This document shows, one piece after another, positions 53,058 through 64,000 of a DNA stretch of 64,000 nt. Under the pieces are notes generated by a model. That model had not been told where the DNA came from. It searched no databases and saw nothing but the letters and a program-made list of their open reading frames with translations. Position numbers and translations under genes: made by a program. Positions within the stretch are counted from its first letter, which is position 1; each line of letters begins with the position of its first letter. The stretch lies in the NCBI GenBank assembly GCA_050950645.1, contig JBMNHZ010000009.1, forward strand, positions 295,515 through 359,514. Direction: 5' to 3'. The DNA comes from Lutisporaceae bacterium. GTDB lineage: Bacteria > Bacillota > Clostridia > Lutisporales > Lutisporaceae.

Positions 53058-56000
53058 ATGCTGGTACATCCAATCTCTGCCGGAAAAAATCAGAGGATAA
53101 GCTACTCAAAAATCGACGAAGTAATGGATATGCCTAATCTGATCGAAGTGCAGAAAAACTCCTATAACTGGTTCCTAGAGGAAGGTCTTAAAGAGGTTTT
53201 CAATGATGTTTCACCTATTCAGGACTACACAGGTAATCTGATTCTGGAATTTGTTGATTATTCATTAGACGGAAAACCTAAGTATTCCGTTGAGGAATGC
53301 AAGGAAAGAGACGTTACATATTCTGCTCCTTTAAAAGTTAAGATCAGACTCATCAACAAGGAAACCAACGAGGTCAAAGAACAGGAAGTTTTTATGGGCG
53401 ATTTTCCTTTGATGACAGACACAGGTACTTTTATAATCAACGGTGCAGAAAGGGTTATTGTAAGCCAGTTGGTAAGATCGCCAGGGGTTTATTATTCAGA
53501 GTCTATTGACAAGTCAGGAAAGAAGCTGTATTCAAGTACCGTTATACCTAATAGGGGTGCTTGGCTGGAATATGAGACGGATTCAAATGATATTCTTTGG
53601 ATAAGAATAGATAGGACGCGTAAGATTCCTATAACTGTTTTTCTGAGGGCTTTGGGTTTTGGCACCGATGAACAAATTAATGAAATATTGGGAGAGGATG
53701 AAAGAATAAAGGCCACACTACAGAAGGATGGGACGAAGACCGAGGAAGAGGGTTTAATTGAGGTATATAAGCGCTTAAGGCCGGGAGAACCTCCAACTGT
53801 TGAAAGTGCAAAATCTCTGCTAGAGGTCTTGTTTTTTGATGCAAAGAGATATGACCTGGCCAAATTCGGCAGATATAAGTTCAATAAGAAGCTTAGCCTA
53901 AGCCAAAGACTTACCGGGCAAATACTGGAAAGAGAATTAGTGGATCCGAGGACAGGAGAAATTCTGGCAGAAGCAGGGGAAAAAATCACGAAGGATAAGG
54001 CTATAGATATTCAGAACTCAGGTATAAACGAAGCTTATGTCACGGTTGAGGGAAAGACTGTTAAGATACTGGGGAACAATACTGTGGATATAAACAAATA
54101 CTTGAGTTTTGACGTATCTGATCTTAATATAAAAGAATTTGTCAATCTTTCAGTGCTTAAGGATATTCTGCAAAAGACAGACTCCGAGAATGAAATAAAG
54201 GAAGAGATCAGGAACAGGATTAAGGAGCTTATACCGAAGCATATTCTAGTTGATGATATAGTTGCTTCAATTAATTATAATATTAACCTTTCCAACGGAA
54301 TCGGAAACAAAGATGATATAGACCATTTGGGCAACAGAAGGCTCAGATCCGTGGGAGAGCTGCTGCAGAACCAATTCAGGATAGGCTTATCCAGAATGGA
54401 GAGGGTTGTGAAGGAAAGAATGACTATCCAGGATATTGATGTTGTCACGCCGCAGCAGCTTGTTAACATCAGGCCTGTAGCCGCAGCAATCAAGGAGTTT
54501 TTTGGAAGCTCCCAGCTTTCTCAGTTCATGGATCAGACAAATCCTCTTGCTGAACTTACTCATAAGAGAAGATTATCCGCTCTTGGACCCGGAGGTTTGT
54601 CCAGAGAAAGAGCAGGCTTTGAGGTAAGGGACGTGCATCACTCTCACTATGGCAGGATGTGCCCCATAGAGACCCCGGAAGGGCCCAATATAGGCCTGAT
54701 AGGTTCTCTTAGTACCTATGCCAAGGTGGATGAATACGGATTTATAGAAACGCCCTATAGAATTGTCAAAACCGATGATAATGGTGAAAAATATGTGACT
54801 GACGAGATTGTTTATCTTACTGCCGACGTTGAGGACGAGTATGTTATCGCTCAGGCAAATGAACCCCTGAATGAGGAAGGGAGATTTGTCAACAGAAGGG
54901 TCACGGCAAGAGACGCTAATGAAATAGTTATTGTACCTAATACAGAAGTTGAATTCATGGATGTATCCCCGAAGCAAGTGGTATCCGTTGCAACTGCAAT
55001 GATACCTTTTTTGGAAAATGATGATGCCAATAGAGCATTAATGGGTTCCAACATGCAGCGTCAGGCAGTTCCGATAATAAAGCCCGATTCGCCCATAGTA
55101 GGTACAGGTATGGAATATAAATCGGCAAAGGATTCGGGAGTAATTGGATTGGCAAAGAGTGACTGTGTTGTTGAAAAGGTCAGTGCCAATGAAATTGTTA
55201 TGAGGAACAACATGGGAGAAAGGGAAAGGTATAAGCTTCTTAAGTTTCTCCGCTCCAATCAGGGGACTTGTATAAACCAGAGGCCCATAGCACGAAAAGG
55301 TGATGTTCTGAAAAAGGGTGAAATAATAGCTGACGGGCCTTCTACGGATATGGGGGAAATCGCACTGGGAAGAAACATACTCATAGGCTTCATGACTTGG
55401 GAGGGCTATAATTATGAGGATGCTATACTTATCAGTGAAAAGCTTGTAAAAGAAGATATCTTCACCTCCATACACATAGAGGAATATGAAGCGGAAGCAA
55501 GAGACACCAAGCTTGGCCCTGAAGAAATAACAAGAGACATACCAAATGTCGGGGAAGAGGCTCTTAAGGATCTTGATGAAAGAGGTATAATCAGAATAGG
55601 TGCAGAAGTAAGAGCAGGAGATATAATGGTAGGGAAAGTGACTCCAAAGGGAGAGACTGAGCTTACAGCAGAGGAAAGGCTCTTAAGGGCAATATTCGGA
55701 GAAAAGGCAAGAGAAGTAAGAGATACTTCTCTAAGGGTGCCTCATGGTGAATCAGGTATAGTCGTAGATGTAAAGGTGTTTACCAGGGAAAACGGAGATG
55801 AGCTTCCTCCTGGCGTGAACGAGCTGGTAAGATGCTATATAGCACAAAAGAGAAAGATATCTGTAGGTGACAAGATGGCAGGACGCCACGGAAACAAGGG
55901 TGTTATATCGAGAGTGCTTCCGGAAGAGGATATGCCCTTTATGCCTAACGGGGCACCTCTTGAGATAGTATTGAATCCTTTGGGTGTACCTTCACGTATG

Positions 56001-57098
56001 AATATAGGCCAAGTACTTGAAGTGCATCTTGGGCTTGCGGCCAAAGCGCTTGGTTGGAAAATAGCTACTCCGGTATTTGACGGGGCAACGGAAGAATGCA
56101 TTATTGAAACTATCGAATGTGCCAATAAGGTGCTTCAGGTAAAGAAAAACTTGAAAATAATAAAAGAAAAAATATTAATAGCAAATAAACAGCATGAGGA
56201 CGAAACTCTTGAAGAACAGCAGCCGGTGGAATTGTCCGATATCAAGTCTGAAATAAAGGAAAATGTTGAAATAATTCACGAGCTTTTAGACCATGAAATC
56301 TATGATATTGACAGCAGGTTGAACTCTATAAGGGAATTGATAAAGTCTTCGGACCTTGCTGAATTAAATGTTGTTGAAAAAATACTTAAGGAATTTGGTG
56401 AAACTCCCATTGATGGGCTTGAACTTAATCATACAGGGAAAATAGCACTGAGGGATGGACGTACCGGAGAGTTCTTCAACAATGAAATTACTGTTGGTTA
56501 TATGTATATAATGAAGCTTTTGCATCTTGTGGATGATAAGATCCATGCAAGGTCTACAGGCCCATACTCTCTCGTAACGCAGCAGCCCCTTGGCGGTAAA
56601 GCCCAGTTCGGCGGCCAGAGGTTCGGGGAAATGGAGGTTTGGGCGCTGGAAGCCTATGGTTCAGCCCATGCACTTCAGGAAATACTTACTGTTAAGTCTG
56701 ACGATGTAGTAGGAAGAGTGAAGACCTACGAATCCATTGTCAAGGGGGAAAACATACCAGAACCAGGTGTGCCTGAATCTTTCAAGGTTCTTATTAAAGA
56801 GCTTCAGAGTCTGGCTCTTGATGTGAAGGTTCTGACTGAGGAGCATGAAGAGATTACAATAAGAGAATCGGTGGAAGAAGATGGGGAGGATATGGGTTCT
56901 GATATGGAAGTAAGGGAGGATATGGATTTCTCAAGTCTTTCATATAAAGGAGAACCGGTTACTTCAGAGGATCTTTACGAGGATTATGAAACGGAAGCTG
57001 AAGGAACGGAAGAATTCGATGCGGAGATAGACCTGGATGAACTTCTTATAAATGAAAGTGAAGTAGAAGAAGTTGAAGAGGATGACGAAGAGTTCTAA
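53058..57098 (+). CDS. rpoB: DNA-directed RNA polymerase beta subunit (with lineage-specific insertion and acidic tail)
   Basis: Conserved blocks such as [36 protein letters not shown] and [18 protein letters not shown] 53058 follows aaggggtga. Confidence 0.95.
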   Translation: MLVHPISAGKNQRISYSKIDEVMDMPNLIEVQKNSYNWFLEEGLKEVFNDVSPIQDYTGNLILEFVDYSLDGKPKYSVEECKERDVTYSAPLKVKIRLINKETNEVKEQEVFMGDFPLMTDTGTFIINGAERVIVSQLVRSPGVYYSESIDKSGKKLYSSTVIPNRGAWLEYETDSNDILWIRIDRTRKIPITVFLRALGFGTDEQINEILGEDERIKATLQKDGTKTEEEGLIEVYKRLRPGEPPTVESAKSLLEVLFFDAKRYDLAKFGRYKFNKKLSLSQRLTGQILERELVDPRTGEILAEAGEKITKDKAIDIQNSGINEAYVTVEGKTVKILGNNTVDINKYLSFDVSDLNIKEFVNLSVLKDILQKTDSENEIKEEIRNRIKELIPKHILVDDIVASINYNINLSNGIGNKDDIDHLGNRRLRSVGELLQNQFRIGLSRMERVVKERMTIQDIDVVTPQQLVNIRPVAAAIKEFFGSSQLSQFMDQTNPLAELTHKRRLSALGPGGLSRERAGFEVRDVHHSHYGRMCPIETPEGPNIGLIGSLSTYAKVDEYGFIETPYRIVKTDDNGEKYVTDEIVYLTADVEDEYVIAQANEPLNEEGRFVNRRVTARDANEIVIVPNTEVEFMDVSPKQVVSVATAMIPFLENDDANRALMGSNMQRQAVPIIKPDSPIVGTGMEYKSAKDSGVIGLAKSDCVVEKVSANEIVMRNNMGERERYKLLKFLRSNQGTCINQRPIARKGDVLKKGEIIADGPSTDMGEIALGRNILIGFMTWEGYNYEDAILISEKLVKEDIFTSIHIEEYEAEARDTKLGPEEITRDIPNVGEEALKDLDERGIIRIGAEVRAGDIMVGKVTPKGETELTAEERLLRAIFGEKAREVRDTSLRVPHGESGIVVDVKVFTRENGDELPPGVNELVRCYIAQKRKISVGDKMAGRHGNKGVISRVLPEEDMPFMPNGAPLEIVLNPLGVPSRMNIGQVLEVHLGLAAKALGWKIATPVFDGATEECIIETIECANKVLQVKKNLKIIKEKILIANKQHEDETLEEQQPVELSDIKSEIKENVEIIHELLDHEIYDIDSRLNSIRELIKSSDLAELNVVEKILKEFGETPIDGLELNHTGKIALRDGRTGEFFNNEITVGYMYIMKLLHLVDDKIHARSTGPYSLVTQQPLGGKAQFGGQRFGEMEVWALEAYGSAHALQEILTVKSDDVVGRVKTYESIVKGENIPEPGVPESFKVLIKELQSLALDVKVLTEEHEEITIRESVEEDGEDMGSDMEVREDMDFSSLSYKGEPVTSEDLYEDYETEAEGTEEFDAEIDLDELLINESEVEEVEEDDEEF

Positions 57099-57168
57099 CA
57101 CGAGGCATGAGCCGGGATTTGCGAAGCGGAATTCAGTAATTAATTATTTAGAAGGGAGAGATAACTCC

Positions 57169-60100
57169 TTGTTTGAATTAAATAACTTTGAAGCAATAAA
57201 AATAGGTTTGGCATCACCGGAGAAAATAAGAGAATGGTCAAGAGGAGAGGTTAAGAAACCTGAGACAATAAACTACAGGACCTTAAAGCCTGAAAAGGAG
57301 GGACTGTTCTGCGAAAAGATTTTTGGTCCTACGAAGGATTGGGAATGTCACTGCGGAAAATACAAGAGAATCAGATATAAGGGTATAATATGCGATCGCT
57401 GTGGTGTTGAAATAACCAAGGCTAAAGTGAGAAGAGAAAGAATGGGGCATATAGAGCTTGCTGCCCCAGTATCCCATATTTGGTATTTCAAAGGTATACC
57501 CAGCAGAATGGGGCTTATGCTGGATATGTCGCCAAGAGCCTTGGAAAAGGTTCTGTACTTTGCTTCATATATAGTAATTGACAGCGGCGATACGCCTCTT
57601 TCAAAAAAGCAATTGTTAAGTGAAAAGGAATACAGAGAAAGCATTGAGAAATTTGGCAATAGATTCAGGGCAGGAATGGGAGCGGAATCAATCAGAGAAC
57701 TTCTTCTGGAGATGGATCTTGAAAACCTGTCAAAGGAGCTGAGACAGGAGCTTAAGAACAGTACAGGGCAGAAAAGGCTCAGAACTGTAAGAAGGCTGGA
57801 AGTAGTAGAGGCTTTCAAGAATTCCGGAAACAAGCCTGAGTGGATGATTCTGGAGGCTATACCTGTAATACCGCCGGATTTGAGGCCGATGGTGCAGCTG
57901 GATGGGGGAAGATTTGCCACCTCCGACCTGAATGATCTTTATAGAAGGGTCATAAACAGGAATAACAGGCTTAAAAGATTGCTGGATCTGGGTGCACCCG
58001 ACATAATAGTCAGAAATGAAAAGAGAATGCTACAGGAAGCAGTTGATGCACTTATTGACAACGGCAGAAGGGGAAGACCCGTAACCGGACCTGGTAACAG
58101 GCCTCTGAAATCCTTAAGCGACATGCTTAAAGGAAAGCAGGGCAGGTTCAGGCAGAACCTTCTTGGAAAACGTGTTGACTACTCGGGTCGTTCGGTTATA
58201 GTTGTAGGACCTGAACTGAAGCTTTTTCAATGCGGTTTGCCCAACGAAATGGCACTGGAGCTGTTTAAACCTTTTGTAATGAAGAAGCTTGTGAATGACG
58301 GGCTTGCTCATAATATTAAAAGTGCCAAGAGAATGGTTGAAAGAGTGAAACCGGAGGTTTGGGATGTACTTGAAGAGGTAATAAGTGAGCATCCGGTGCT
58401 TTTGAACCGTGCTCCAACACTTCACAGGCTGGGGATACAGGCTTTTGAACCTGTACTTGTACAAGGCAGGGCATTGAAGATACACCCCCTAGTATGCACA
58501 GCATACAATGCGGACTTTGACGGAGACCAGATGGCGGTGCATGTACCTTTATCCGTAGAAGCACAGGCAGAAGCAAGATTCCTTATGCTGTCTGCTAACA
58601 ATATCCTGGCGCCGAAGGATGGGAGGCCGGTTGTCAGCCCAACTCAGGATATGGTTATGGGAATATACTATCTTACTTTATATATGCCTGGGCAGAAGGG
58701 CGAAGGCAAGATGTTTACAGATCTGAACGAAATGCTTATGGCTTATCAGTTGGAAGAGATTTCACTCCATGCAAAAGTAAAGGTAAAAATAAGCAAAAAT
58801 ATTAACGGCAGGATTGTCAGCAGGCTTGTTGAAAATACGGTCGGAAGGTTCATTTTTAATCAGTCTATTCCTCAAGATCTAGGTTTTGTTGAGAGAAATA
58901 CTGAAGATGATATGTTTCTTCTGGAGATTGATCCCAGAGATAAGGACGGTAATTTGACGCCTATAGATAAGTCGCTTCTGGGTAAAATAGTGGATAAATG
59001 TTATAGAATTCATGGAAACACAAATACTGCAATTGTGCTGGATGAGATAAAGAGACTGGGCTTTAAGTACTCAACAAAGGGTGCAATTACAATAAGCATA
59101 TCTGATATGGATATACCGGTGGCTAAGAAGGAACTGCTATCAAAAGCGGATGAGAGAGTAGATAAAATAGAAAAAATGTACAGGAGAGGCCTCATATCCA
59201 ATGATGAAAGATATGAACAGGTAATAGATACCTGGAAGCTGGCAATGGAAGATGTTACAAAAGCATTAATGGATAACCTGGATAGGCTTAATCCGGTCTT
59301 TATGATGGCAAATTCGGGTGCAAGGGGAAGCGTAAACCAAATTAAGCAGCTATGCGGCATGAGAGGCCTTATGGCAGACACCTCGGGAAGAATCATTGAG
59401 ATTCCCATAAAAGCTAATTTCCGTGAAGGTCTTGATGTACTGGAATTCTTCACATCAACCCATGGTGCAAGGAAGGGACTGGCGGATACTGCACTTCGTA
59501 CTGCCGACTCCGGTTATCTGACAAGACGTCTTGTTGACGTAAGCCAGGATGTCATAGTAAGAGAAGATGACTGCGGAACGGAAGAGGGCTTGCTGGTCAG
59601 CGAAATCAAAGATGGAAATGAAGTAATTGAAAAGCTGAAAGACAGGCTTATAGGAAGATACGCCAGCAGCGATATTCTACATCCTGAGACCGGCGGGATT
59701 CTGGTAAAGAGAAATGAGCTTATAACCCAAAAGTCAGCAAGCAATATTGTCAAGCTGGGAATTAAGAAAGTTCCGATTAGGTCTGTGCTGACCTGTCGCT
59801 CAAAATACGGAGTATGCACCAAGTGCTATGGAGTAAACCTGGCAACAGGGGATCCGGTGCATATTGGTGAGGCAGTCGGGATAATTGCAGCCCAGTCAAT
59901 AGGAGAGCCGGGTACGCAGCTTACAATGAGAACCTTCCATACCGGGGGCGTTGCCGGTGATGACATAACTCAAGGTCTCCCCAGAGTTGAAGAGCTTTTT
60001 GAAGCCAGAAAGCCTAAGGGACTTGCAATAATATCAGAAATCACGGGTGTTGTAAAGATAGCAGACCAGAGGAAGAAGAAGGATGTTATTGTAACTGCTG

Positions 60101-60693
60101 ATGATGGGGAAACCAGGACATACTCAATACCATACGGTTCGAGACTTAGAGTTGCAGATGGAGAAACAGTTGAAGCAGGGGACGAAATAACCGAAGGTTC
60201 GGTTAATCCCCATGATATATTGAAAATCAAGGGCGTATCCGGTGTGCAAAGCTATCTGCTTGCGGAAGTTCAAAGGGTATACAGGCTTCAGGGTGTTGAT
60301 ATTGCGGATAAGCATATAGAGGTTATAGTCAGGCAAATGTTGAGAAAAGTCAAGATAGAAGAATCCGGAGATACGGATCTGCTCCCGGGAGGACTTTTCG
60401 ACATATTCAAATATGAAGAAGAAAATCAACGAGTCAGTGCTGAAGGCGGCGAGATGGCTACAGGGAAGAGAGTGCTTCTTGGAATAACCAAAGCATCTCT
60501 GGCAACAGATTCCTTCTTGTCGGCCGCATCCTTCCAGGAAACAACAAGAGTTCTGACTGAAGCGGCAATAAAGGGCAAGATAGACCCCCTTGTAGGTTTA
60601 AAAGAAAATGTAATAATCGGAAAGCTTATTCCGGCAGGCACCGGTATGAAAAAATATATGGATATATCGGTAAAACAGGTAGAGGCGGAGTAA
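57169..60693 (+). CDS. rpoC: DNA-directed RNA polymerase beta' subunit
   Basis: Zn-finger [22 protein letters not shown] and catalytic [15 protein letters not shown] 57169, 8 nt after gaagggagag, gives the canonical N-terminus (M)[17 protein letters not shown]. The track ORF start at 57073 overlaps rpoB. Confidence 0.95.
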   Translation: MFELNNFEAIKIGLASPEKIREWSRGEVKKPETINYRTLKPEKEGLFCEKIFGPTKDWECHCGKYKRIRYKGIICDRCGVEITKAKVRRERMGHIELAAPVSHIWYFKGIPSRMGLMLDMSPRALEKVLYFASYIVIDSGDTPLSKKQLLSEKEYRESIEKFGNRFRAGMGAESIRELLLEMDLENLSKELRQELKNSTGQKRLRTVRRLEVVEAFKNSGNKPEWMILEAIPVIPPDLRPMVQLDGGRFATSDLNDLYRRVINRNNRLKRLLDLGAPDIIVRNEKRMLQEAVDALIDNGRRGRPVTGPGNRPLKSLSDMLKGKQGRFRQNLLGKRVDYSGRSVIVVGPELKLFQCGLPNEMALELFKPFVMKKLVNDGLAHNIKSAKRMVERVKPEVWDVLEEVISEHPVLLNRAPTLHRLGIQAFEPVLVQGRALKIHPLVCTAYNADFDGDQMAVHVPLSVEAQAEARFLMLSANNILAPKDGRPVVSPTQDMVMGIYYLTLYMPGQKGEGKMFTDLNEMLMAYQLEEISLHAKVKVKISKNINGRIVSRLVENTVGRFIFNQSIPQDLGFVERNTEDDMFLLEIDPRDKDGNLTPIDKSLLGKIVDKCYRIHGNTNTAIVLDEIKRLGFKYSTKGAITISISDMDIPVAKKELLSKADERVDKIEKMYRRGLISNDERYEQVIDTWKLAMEDVTKALMDNLDRLNPVFMMANSGARGSVNQIKQLCGMRGLMADTSGRIIEIPIKANFREGLDVLEFFTSTHGARKGLADTALRTADSGYLTRRLVDVSQDVIVREDDCGTEEGLLVSEIKDGNEVIEKLKDRLIGRYASSDILHPETGGILVKRNELITQKSASNIVKLGIKKVPIRSVLTCRSKYGVCTKCYGVNLATGDPVHIGEAVGIIAAQSIGEPGTQLTMRTFHTGGVAGDDITQGLPRVEELFEARKPKGLAIISEITGVVKIADQRKKKDVIVTADDGETRTYSIPYGSRLRVADGETVEAGDEITEGSVNPHDILKIKGVSGVQSYLLAEVQRVYRLQGVDIADKHIEVIVRQMLRKVKIEESGDTDLLPGGLFDIFKYEEENQRVSAEGGEMATGKRVLLGITKASLATDSFLSAASFQETTRVLTEAAIKGKIDPLVGLKENVIIGKLIPAGTGMKKYMDISVKQVEAE

Positions 60694-60761
60694 ATATATT
60701 CCTTGAATGCGGGAATATGTGATTGGCAAATAGATTTTTTGCACAAATGAAAAAACCTATA

Positions 60762-60791
60762 TTGACATATTGTTATAACAAATGCTAAACT
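60762..60791 (+). promoter_or_regulatory. Promoter upstream of the L7Ae-rpsL-rpsG-fusA genes
   Basis: TTGACA (60762-67), an 18-nt spacer ending in TGc, TAAACT (60786-91). Followed by a perfect 9-bp hairpin gagaaccat/atggttctc at 60808-60829. Confidence 0.45.
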
Positions 60792-60895
60792 AATTAAGTG
60801 CTTTACTGAGAACCATAACTATGGTTCTCTGTTGTTCGCATCTTATTTGCGGATGTCTGGTGCTGCCGTGCAAAAATCCTTAAGAGGTGGTTAAT

Positions 60896-61147
60896 ATGCA
60901 AGAATTAAAAGCCTTACAGAGAAGAACAGTGGGGCTGAAGCAGACGGTAAAAGCAATAAAAAATGGAACAGCAGTAAAGGTATATTTAGCAGAGGATGCC
61001 GATGATTTTATAAAACAATCGGTGATAGATGCATGTAGAGATAAAAATCTACAAATCATATATGTCAGCAATATGAAAGAGCTTGGAGATGCATGCGGTA
61101 TTGATATAGGCGCCTCAACGGCGGCTATCAAGAAACAGGATGCATAA
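60896..61147 (+). CDS. Ribosomal protein L7Ae-family protein (YbxF/RplGB-like)
   Basis: About 83 aa. KQTVKAIKNGTAVKVYLAEDAD...LGDACGIDIGASTAAI is the L7Ae/L30e fold pattern. Occupies the same position as Bacillus ybxF, between rpoC and rpsL. Confidence 0.8.
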   Translation: MQELKALQRRTVGLKQTVKAIKNGTAVKVYLAEDADDFIKQSVIDACRDKNLQIIYVSNMKELGDACGIDIGASTAAIKKQDA

Positions 61148-61152
61148 TACCG

Positions 61153-61178
61153 AACCTCTTCATATGAAGAGGTTTTTA
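61153..61178 (+). terminator. Terminator or attenuator after the L7Ae gene
   Basis: Palindrome aacctcttcat|atgaagaggtt followed by tttta. Confidence 0.5.
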
Positions 61179-61262
61179 TGTATCACTGGTTTACACAGTG
61201 TATAACAGCGCTTGACAATTGTTGGGCCTGTATATGATAAATAAAATAAGGAGGTGCATTTA

Positions 61263-61637
61263 ATGCCTACAATTAGCCAGTTGGTGAGGAAGGGCAGAGA
61301 GAAGGTTGAATACAAATCAGCTGCACCGGCACTGAAGGAAAGTCCTCAGAAAAGGGGAGTATGTACTGTTGTAAAGACAACAACACCCAAGAAGCCTAAT
61401 TCCGCATTGAGAAAAATTGCCAGAGTTAGACTTTCAAACAACATTGAAGTATCAGGCTATATTCCCGGAATCGGCCATAACCTTCAGGAACACTCGGTTG
61501 TTCTTATCAGGGGCGGCAGGATTAAGGACCTTCCCGGCGTAAGGTACCACATAGTAAGAGGTGCTCTTGATGCTGCTGGTGTCGCTAACAGAAAGCAAGG
61601 CAGATCAAAGTATGGTGCCAAAAGACCAAAGAAATAA
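61263..61637 (+). CDS. rpsL: 30S ribosomal protein S12
   Basis: [14 protein letters not shown]...[13 protein letters not shown] 61263 follows aaggaggtg. Confidence 0.95.
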   Translation: MPTISQLVRKGREKVEYKSAAPALKESPQKRGVCTVVKTTTPKKPNSALRKIARVRLSNNIEVSGYIPGIGHNLQEHSVVLIRGGRIKDLPGVRYHIVRGALDAAGVANRKQGRSKYGAKRPKK

Positions 61638-61767
61638 TATTGTGCGGGTTATTTGACATTGGCTGACTACAGCCGGTGTTTTGAATATATTTGCGCACAA
61701 CGGCAGTGGATGACTTGATACTGCCGAGTACCGATGATATTAAAATAATATTAAGGAGGGAAGCATA

Positions 61768-62238
61768 GTGCCAAGAAAAGGACATATACCGAAAAGGGAT
61801 GTATTGCCGGATCCGTTATACAACGATAAGATTGTTACAAAGCTGATAAACAACATTATGTATGACGGCAAAAAGAGTGTAGGACAGAAAATAGTCTACG
61901 GTGCCTTTGAAATATTGAGGGAAAAGACAGGCAAGGATCCTCTTGAAGTATTTGAGACAGCTATGAATAATATCATGCCTGTTCTGGAGGTTAAAGCAAG
62001 AAGAATAGGCGGAGCTACTTATCAGGTTCCTATAGAAGTAAGGCCCGACAGAAGGCAGGCGTTAGGGATGAGATGGTTGATTGAATTCGCCAGAAAAAGA
62101 GGAGAAAAGACTATGAAAGAAAGATTGGCTGCTGAAATTTTGGATGCTGCCAATAATACCGGCAATAGTGTAAAGAAGAAAGAAGATACCCATAAGATGG
62201 CAGAAGCCAATAAGGCCTTTGCACATTACAGATGGTAA
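61768..62238 (+). CDS. rpsG: 30S ribosomal protein S7
   Basis: (M)[18 protein letters not shown]...; GTG start after aaggaggg. Confidence 0.95.
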   Translation: MPRKGHIPKRDVLPDPLYNDKIVTKLINNIMYDGKKSVGQKIVYGAFEILREKTGKDPLEVFETAMNNIMPVLEVKARRIGGATYQVPIEVRPDRRQALGMRWLIEFARKRGEKTMKERLAAEILDAANNTGNSVKKKEDTHKMAEANKAFAHYRW

Positions 62239-62341
62239 TTCCAAACAGAGGTAATTGTGATAAATAATAATGAATTAATGCTAAATATTAATATTTTCGG
62301 GAAGTATAACAGTGATACTTGCAACAGAAAGGAGGATAATT

Positions 62342-64000
62342 GTGCCTAGGCAATTTCCGCTGGAAAATATCAGAAACATAGGAATAATGGCCCATATTGA
62401 TGCAGGAAAGACAACAACTACGGAAAGAGTACTGTATTATACAGGAAAAACGTACAAAATAGGTGAAGTTCACGAAGGAACTGCTACAATGGACTGGATG
62501 GAGCAGGAGCAGGAAAGGGGAATAACAATAACTTCTGCAGCTACAACAGCTGAGTGGAAGGGTCATAGAATAAACATCATAGATACGCCGGGGCACGTGG
62601 ACTTTACTGTTGAAGTAGAAAGGTCACTGCGTGTATTAGATGGAGCCGTAGCAGTTTTTTGTGCTAAGGGTGGAGTTGAACCTCAGTCGGAAACCGTCTG
62701 GAGACAGGCGGACAAATACAATGTTCCGCGAATTGCATATATTAATAAAATGGACATAATGGGGGCGGATTTCTATAGAGTAGTCAAAATGATGAAAGAA
62801 AGGCTCGGAGCAAATGCCGTTCCCATACAGCTTCCAATCGGCTGCGAAGATAGTTTTACAGGTATAGTGGACTTGATAACTATGAAAGCGCATATATTTA
62901 AGGATGACCTTGGCAAAAAAATGGAAGTGACAGAAATACCCGCAGACATGCAGGATAAGGCAAAAGAATACAGAGAGAAGCTCATTGAAGCCTTATCCGA
63001 AATAGATGAGAATCTCATGGCGAAGTATCTTGAGGGAGAAGAAGCGACAGAGCGGGAGATAAAGGATACCCTTAGAGCCGGTACGATCGGTGTTAAGATT
63101 AATCCTGTCCTGTGCGGTTCCTCATATAAGAACAAAGGTGTGCAGCTGATGCTGGATGCAATTGTAGATTTTGCACCCTCGCCTCTCGACATTCCGCCGA
63201 TTGAGGGGACTACAGTGGATGGAGAAGAGAAAATCGTAAGGCATTCTGACGATAAAGAACCCTTCTCTGCTCTTGCATTTAAAATCGTGGTTGACCCTTA
63301 TGTGGGTAGGTTGGCATTTTTCAGAGTTTATTCGGGAGTGCTGGAAGCCGGCTCATATGTATACAACTCCACAAAGGGAAAAAGAGAGCGAATTGGTAGA
63401 ATAGTGCGAATGCATGCCAACCACAGAGAAGAGGTAAAAGAGGTTTATACAGGGGATATTGCAGCAATTGTCGGATTTAAGGATACAACTACGGGAGATA
63501 CCCTTTGTGATGAGGAAAATGCAGTTATCCTTGAATCGATGGAGTTTCCGGAACCGGTTATCAATGTTGCCATAGAACCCAAGACAAAGGCAGGCCAGGA
63601 TAAGATGAGCATAGCCCTTCAAAAACTGTCGGAAGAAGACCCTACCTTCAGGTCATATACTGATGCTGAAACCGGCCAGACCATAATTGCGGGCATGGGT
63701 GAACTGCATTTGGAGATAATTGTTGACAGAATGATGCGGGAGTACAAGGTTGAAGCAAATGTCGGCAAGCCCCAGGTCGCTTATAAGGAGACAATCAAAA
63801 GAAAAGTACAGGTTGAGGGAAAGTTTGTCAGGCAGTCGGGGGGTAAAGGGCAATATGGTCATGTTTGGCTTGAGATAGAGCCCAAGGAACCGGGAACCGG
63901 CTTTGAATTTGTAAACAAGATAGTTGGCGGTGTAATACCCAAAGAGTATATACCTGCTGTGCAGAATGGTGTGGAAGAGGCTATCCAGAATGGTGTACTT
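62342..64000 (+). CDS. fusA: Elongation factor G (3'-truncated by the window edge)
   Basis: GTG 62342 follows aaaggagga. Hand translation gives [36 protein letters not shown]. The frame stays open to the end of the window and is absent from the ORF track because no stop is reached. Confidence 0.9.
   Translation, partial: MPRQFPLENIRNIGIMAHIDAGKTTTTERVLYYTGKTYKIGEVHEGTATMDWMEQEQERGITITSAATTAEWKGHRINIIDTPGHVDFTVEVERSLRVLDGAVAVFCAKGGVEPQSETVWRQADKYNVPRIAYINKMDIMGADFYRVVKMMKERLGANAVPIQLPIGCEDSFTGIVDLITMKAHIFKDDLGKKMEVTEIPADMQDKAKEYREKLIEALSEIDENLMAKYLEGEEATEREIKDTLRAGTIGVKINPVLCGSSYKNKGVQLMLDAIVDFAPSPLDIPPIEGTTVDGEEKIVRHSDDKEPFSALAFKIVVDPYVGRLAFFRVYSGVLEAGSYVYNSTKGKRERIGRIVRMHANHREEVKEVYTGDIAAIVGFKDTTTGDTLCDEENAVILESMEFPEPVINVAIEPKTKAGQDKMSIALQKLSEEDPTFRSYTDAETGQTIIAGMGELHLEIIVDRMMREYKVEANVGKPQVAYKETIKRKVQVEGKFVRQSGGKGQYGHVWLEIEPKEPGTGFEFVNKIVGGVIPKEYIPAVQNGVEEAIQNGVL

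Noticed and set aside
57073-57168. N-terminal extension of rpoC overlapping the rpoB 3' end (track start 57073)
   Set aside because: The canonical beta' N-terminus ([17 protein letters not shown]) begins at TTG 57169, which has a well-spaced RBS. The upstream 32 codons have no counterpart in RpoC proteins.
60808-60829. Hairpin in the 5' UTR of the L7Ae-family gene considered as a K-turn autoregulatory site
   Set aside because: The stem is a perfect 9-bp helix with a 4-nt loop. It has no 3-nt bulge and no tandem G-A pairs, so it lacks the defining K-turn features. Kept only as a note under the promoter feature.
1-64000. Search for CRISPR arrays, rRNA genes, prophage or integrase genes, toxin-antitoxin pairs and known defence-system signatures
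   Set aside because: I saw no regularly spaced direct repeats, no rRNA-like sequence and no tyrosine or serine recombinase. No gene pair in the window looks like a defence system. The only mobility genes are the three DDE transposases plus one remnant.

Overview
Chromosomal window from a low-GC Firmicute, Clostridia-like (sigH, Cys T-box, thyX, mini-RNase III). All family calls come from reading motifs by eye; no database search was run. Layout: (1) 1-11.5 kb is one co-directional sugar/energy array. It holds a sorbitol-type PTS (srlE tail, an IS insertion, srlB), an NAD-binding oxidoreductase and a Cof-type HAD phosphatase. A four-gene acetoin/pyruvate-dehydrogenase-type complex follows, with the lipoyl domain on E3 rather than E2, then ptsH-ptsI. 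(2) 11.6-24.7 kb is housekeeping: ispF, T-box-cysS, rmuC, mrnC, thyX, rlmB, sigH, then on the minus strand a Smr-less MutS2 paralog, an aminotransferase, panB and a frameshifted IclR regulator. (3) 24.8-26.5 kb is an ISNCY/ISBst12-like IS with a frameshifted transposase. (4) 26.7-32.1 kb and 52.9-64 kb form the conserved translation/transcription array: tRNA-Tyr-Gly-Thr-tuf, rpmG-secE-nusG-rplKAJL, then rpoBC-L7Ae-rpsLG-fusA. The main point of interest is that the rplL|rpoB junction is split by about 20.7 kb of accessory DNA in three parts. (i) A compositionally foreign cassette: symporter, AraC regulator, enoate-reductase-type flavoenzyme and histidine ammonia-lyase, with no hutU/hutI. (ii) An 11.5 kb Gram-positive Tad/Flp pilus locus with two prepilin peptidases, four proteins sharing a G|xxTV leader, and an FHA protein plus a Hanks kinase. 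(iii) An IS30 element next to a truncated ISLre2-type transposase, whose end may supply the -35 of the rpoB promoter. Smaller items: a promoter-to-terminator unit of about 220 nt with no ORF, a G-U-rich minus-strand terminator hairpin, a Cys4 insertion in EF-Tu, and a roughly 105-aa insertion in RpoB.
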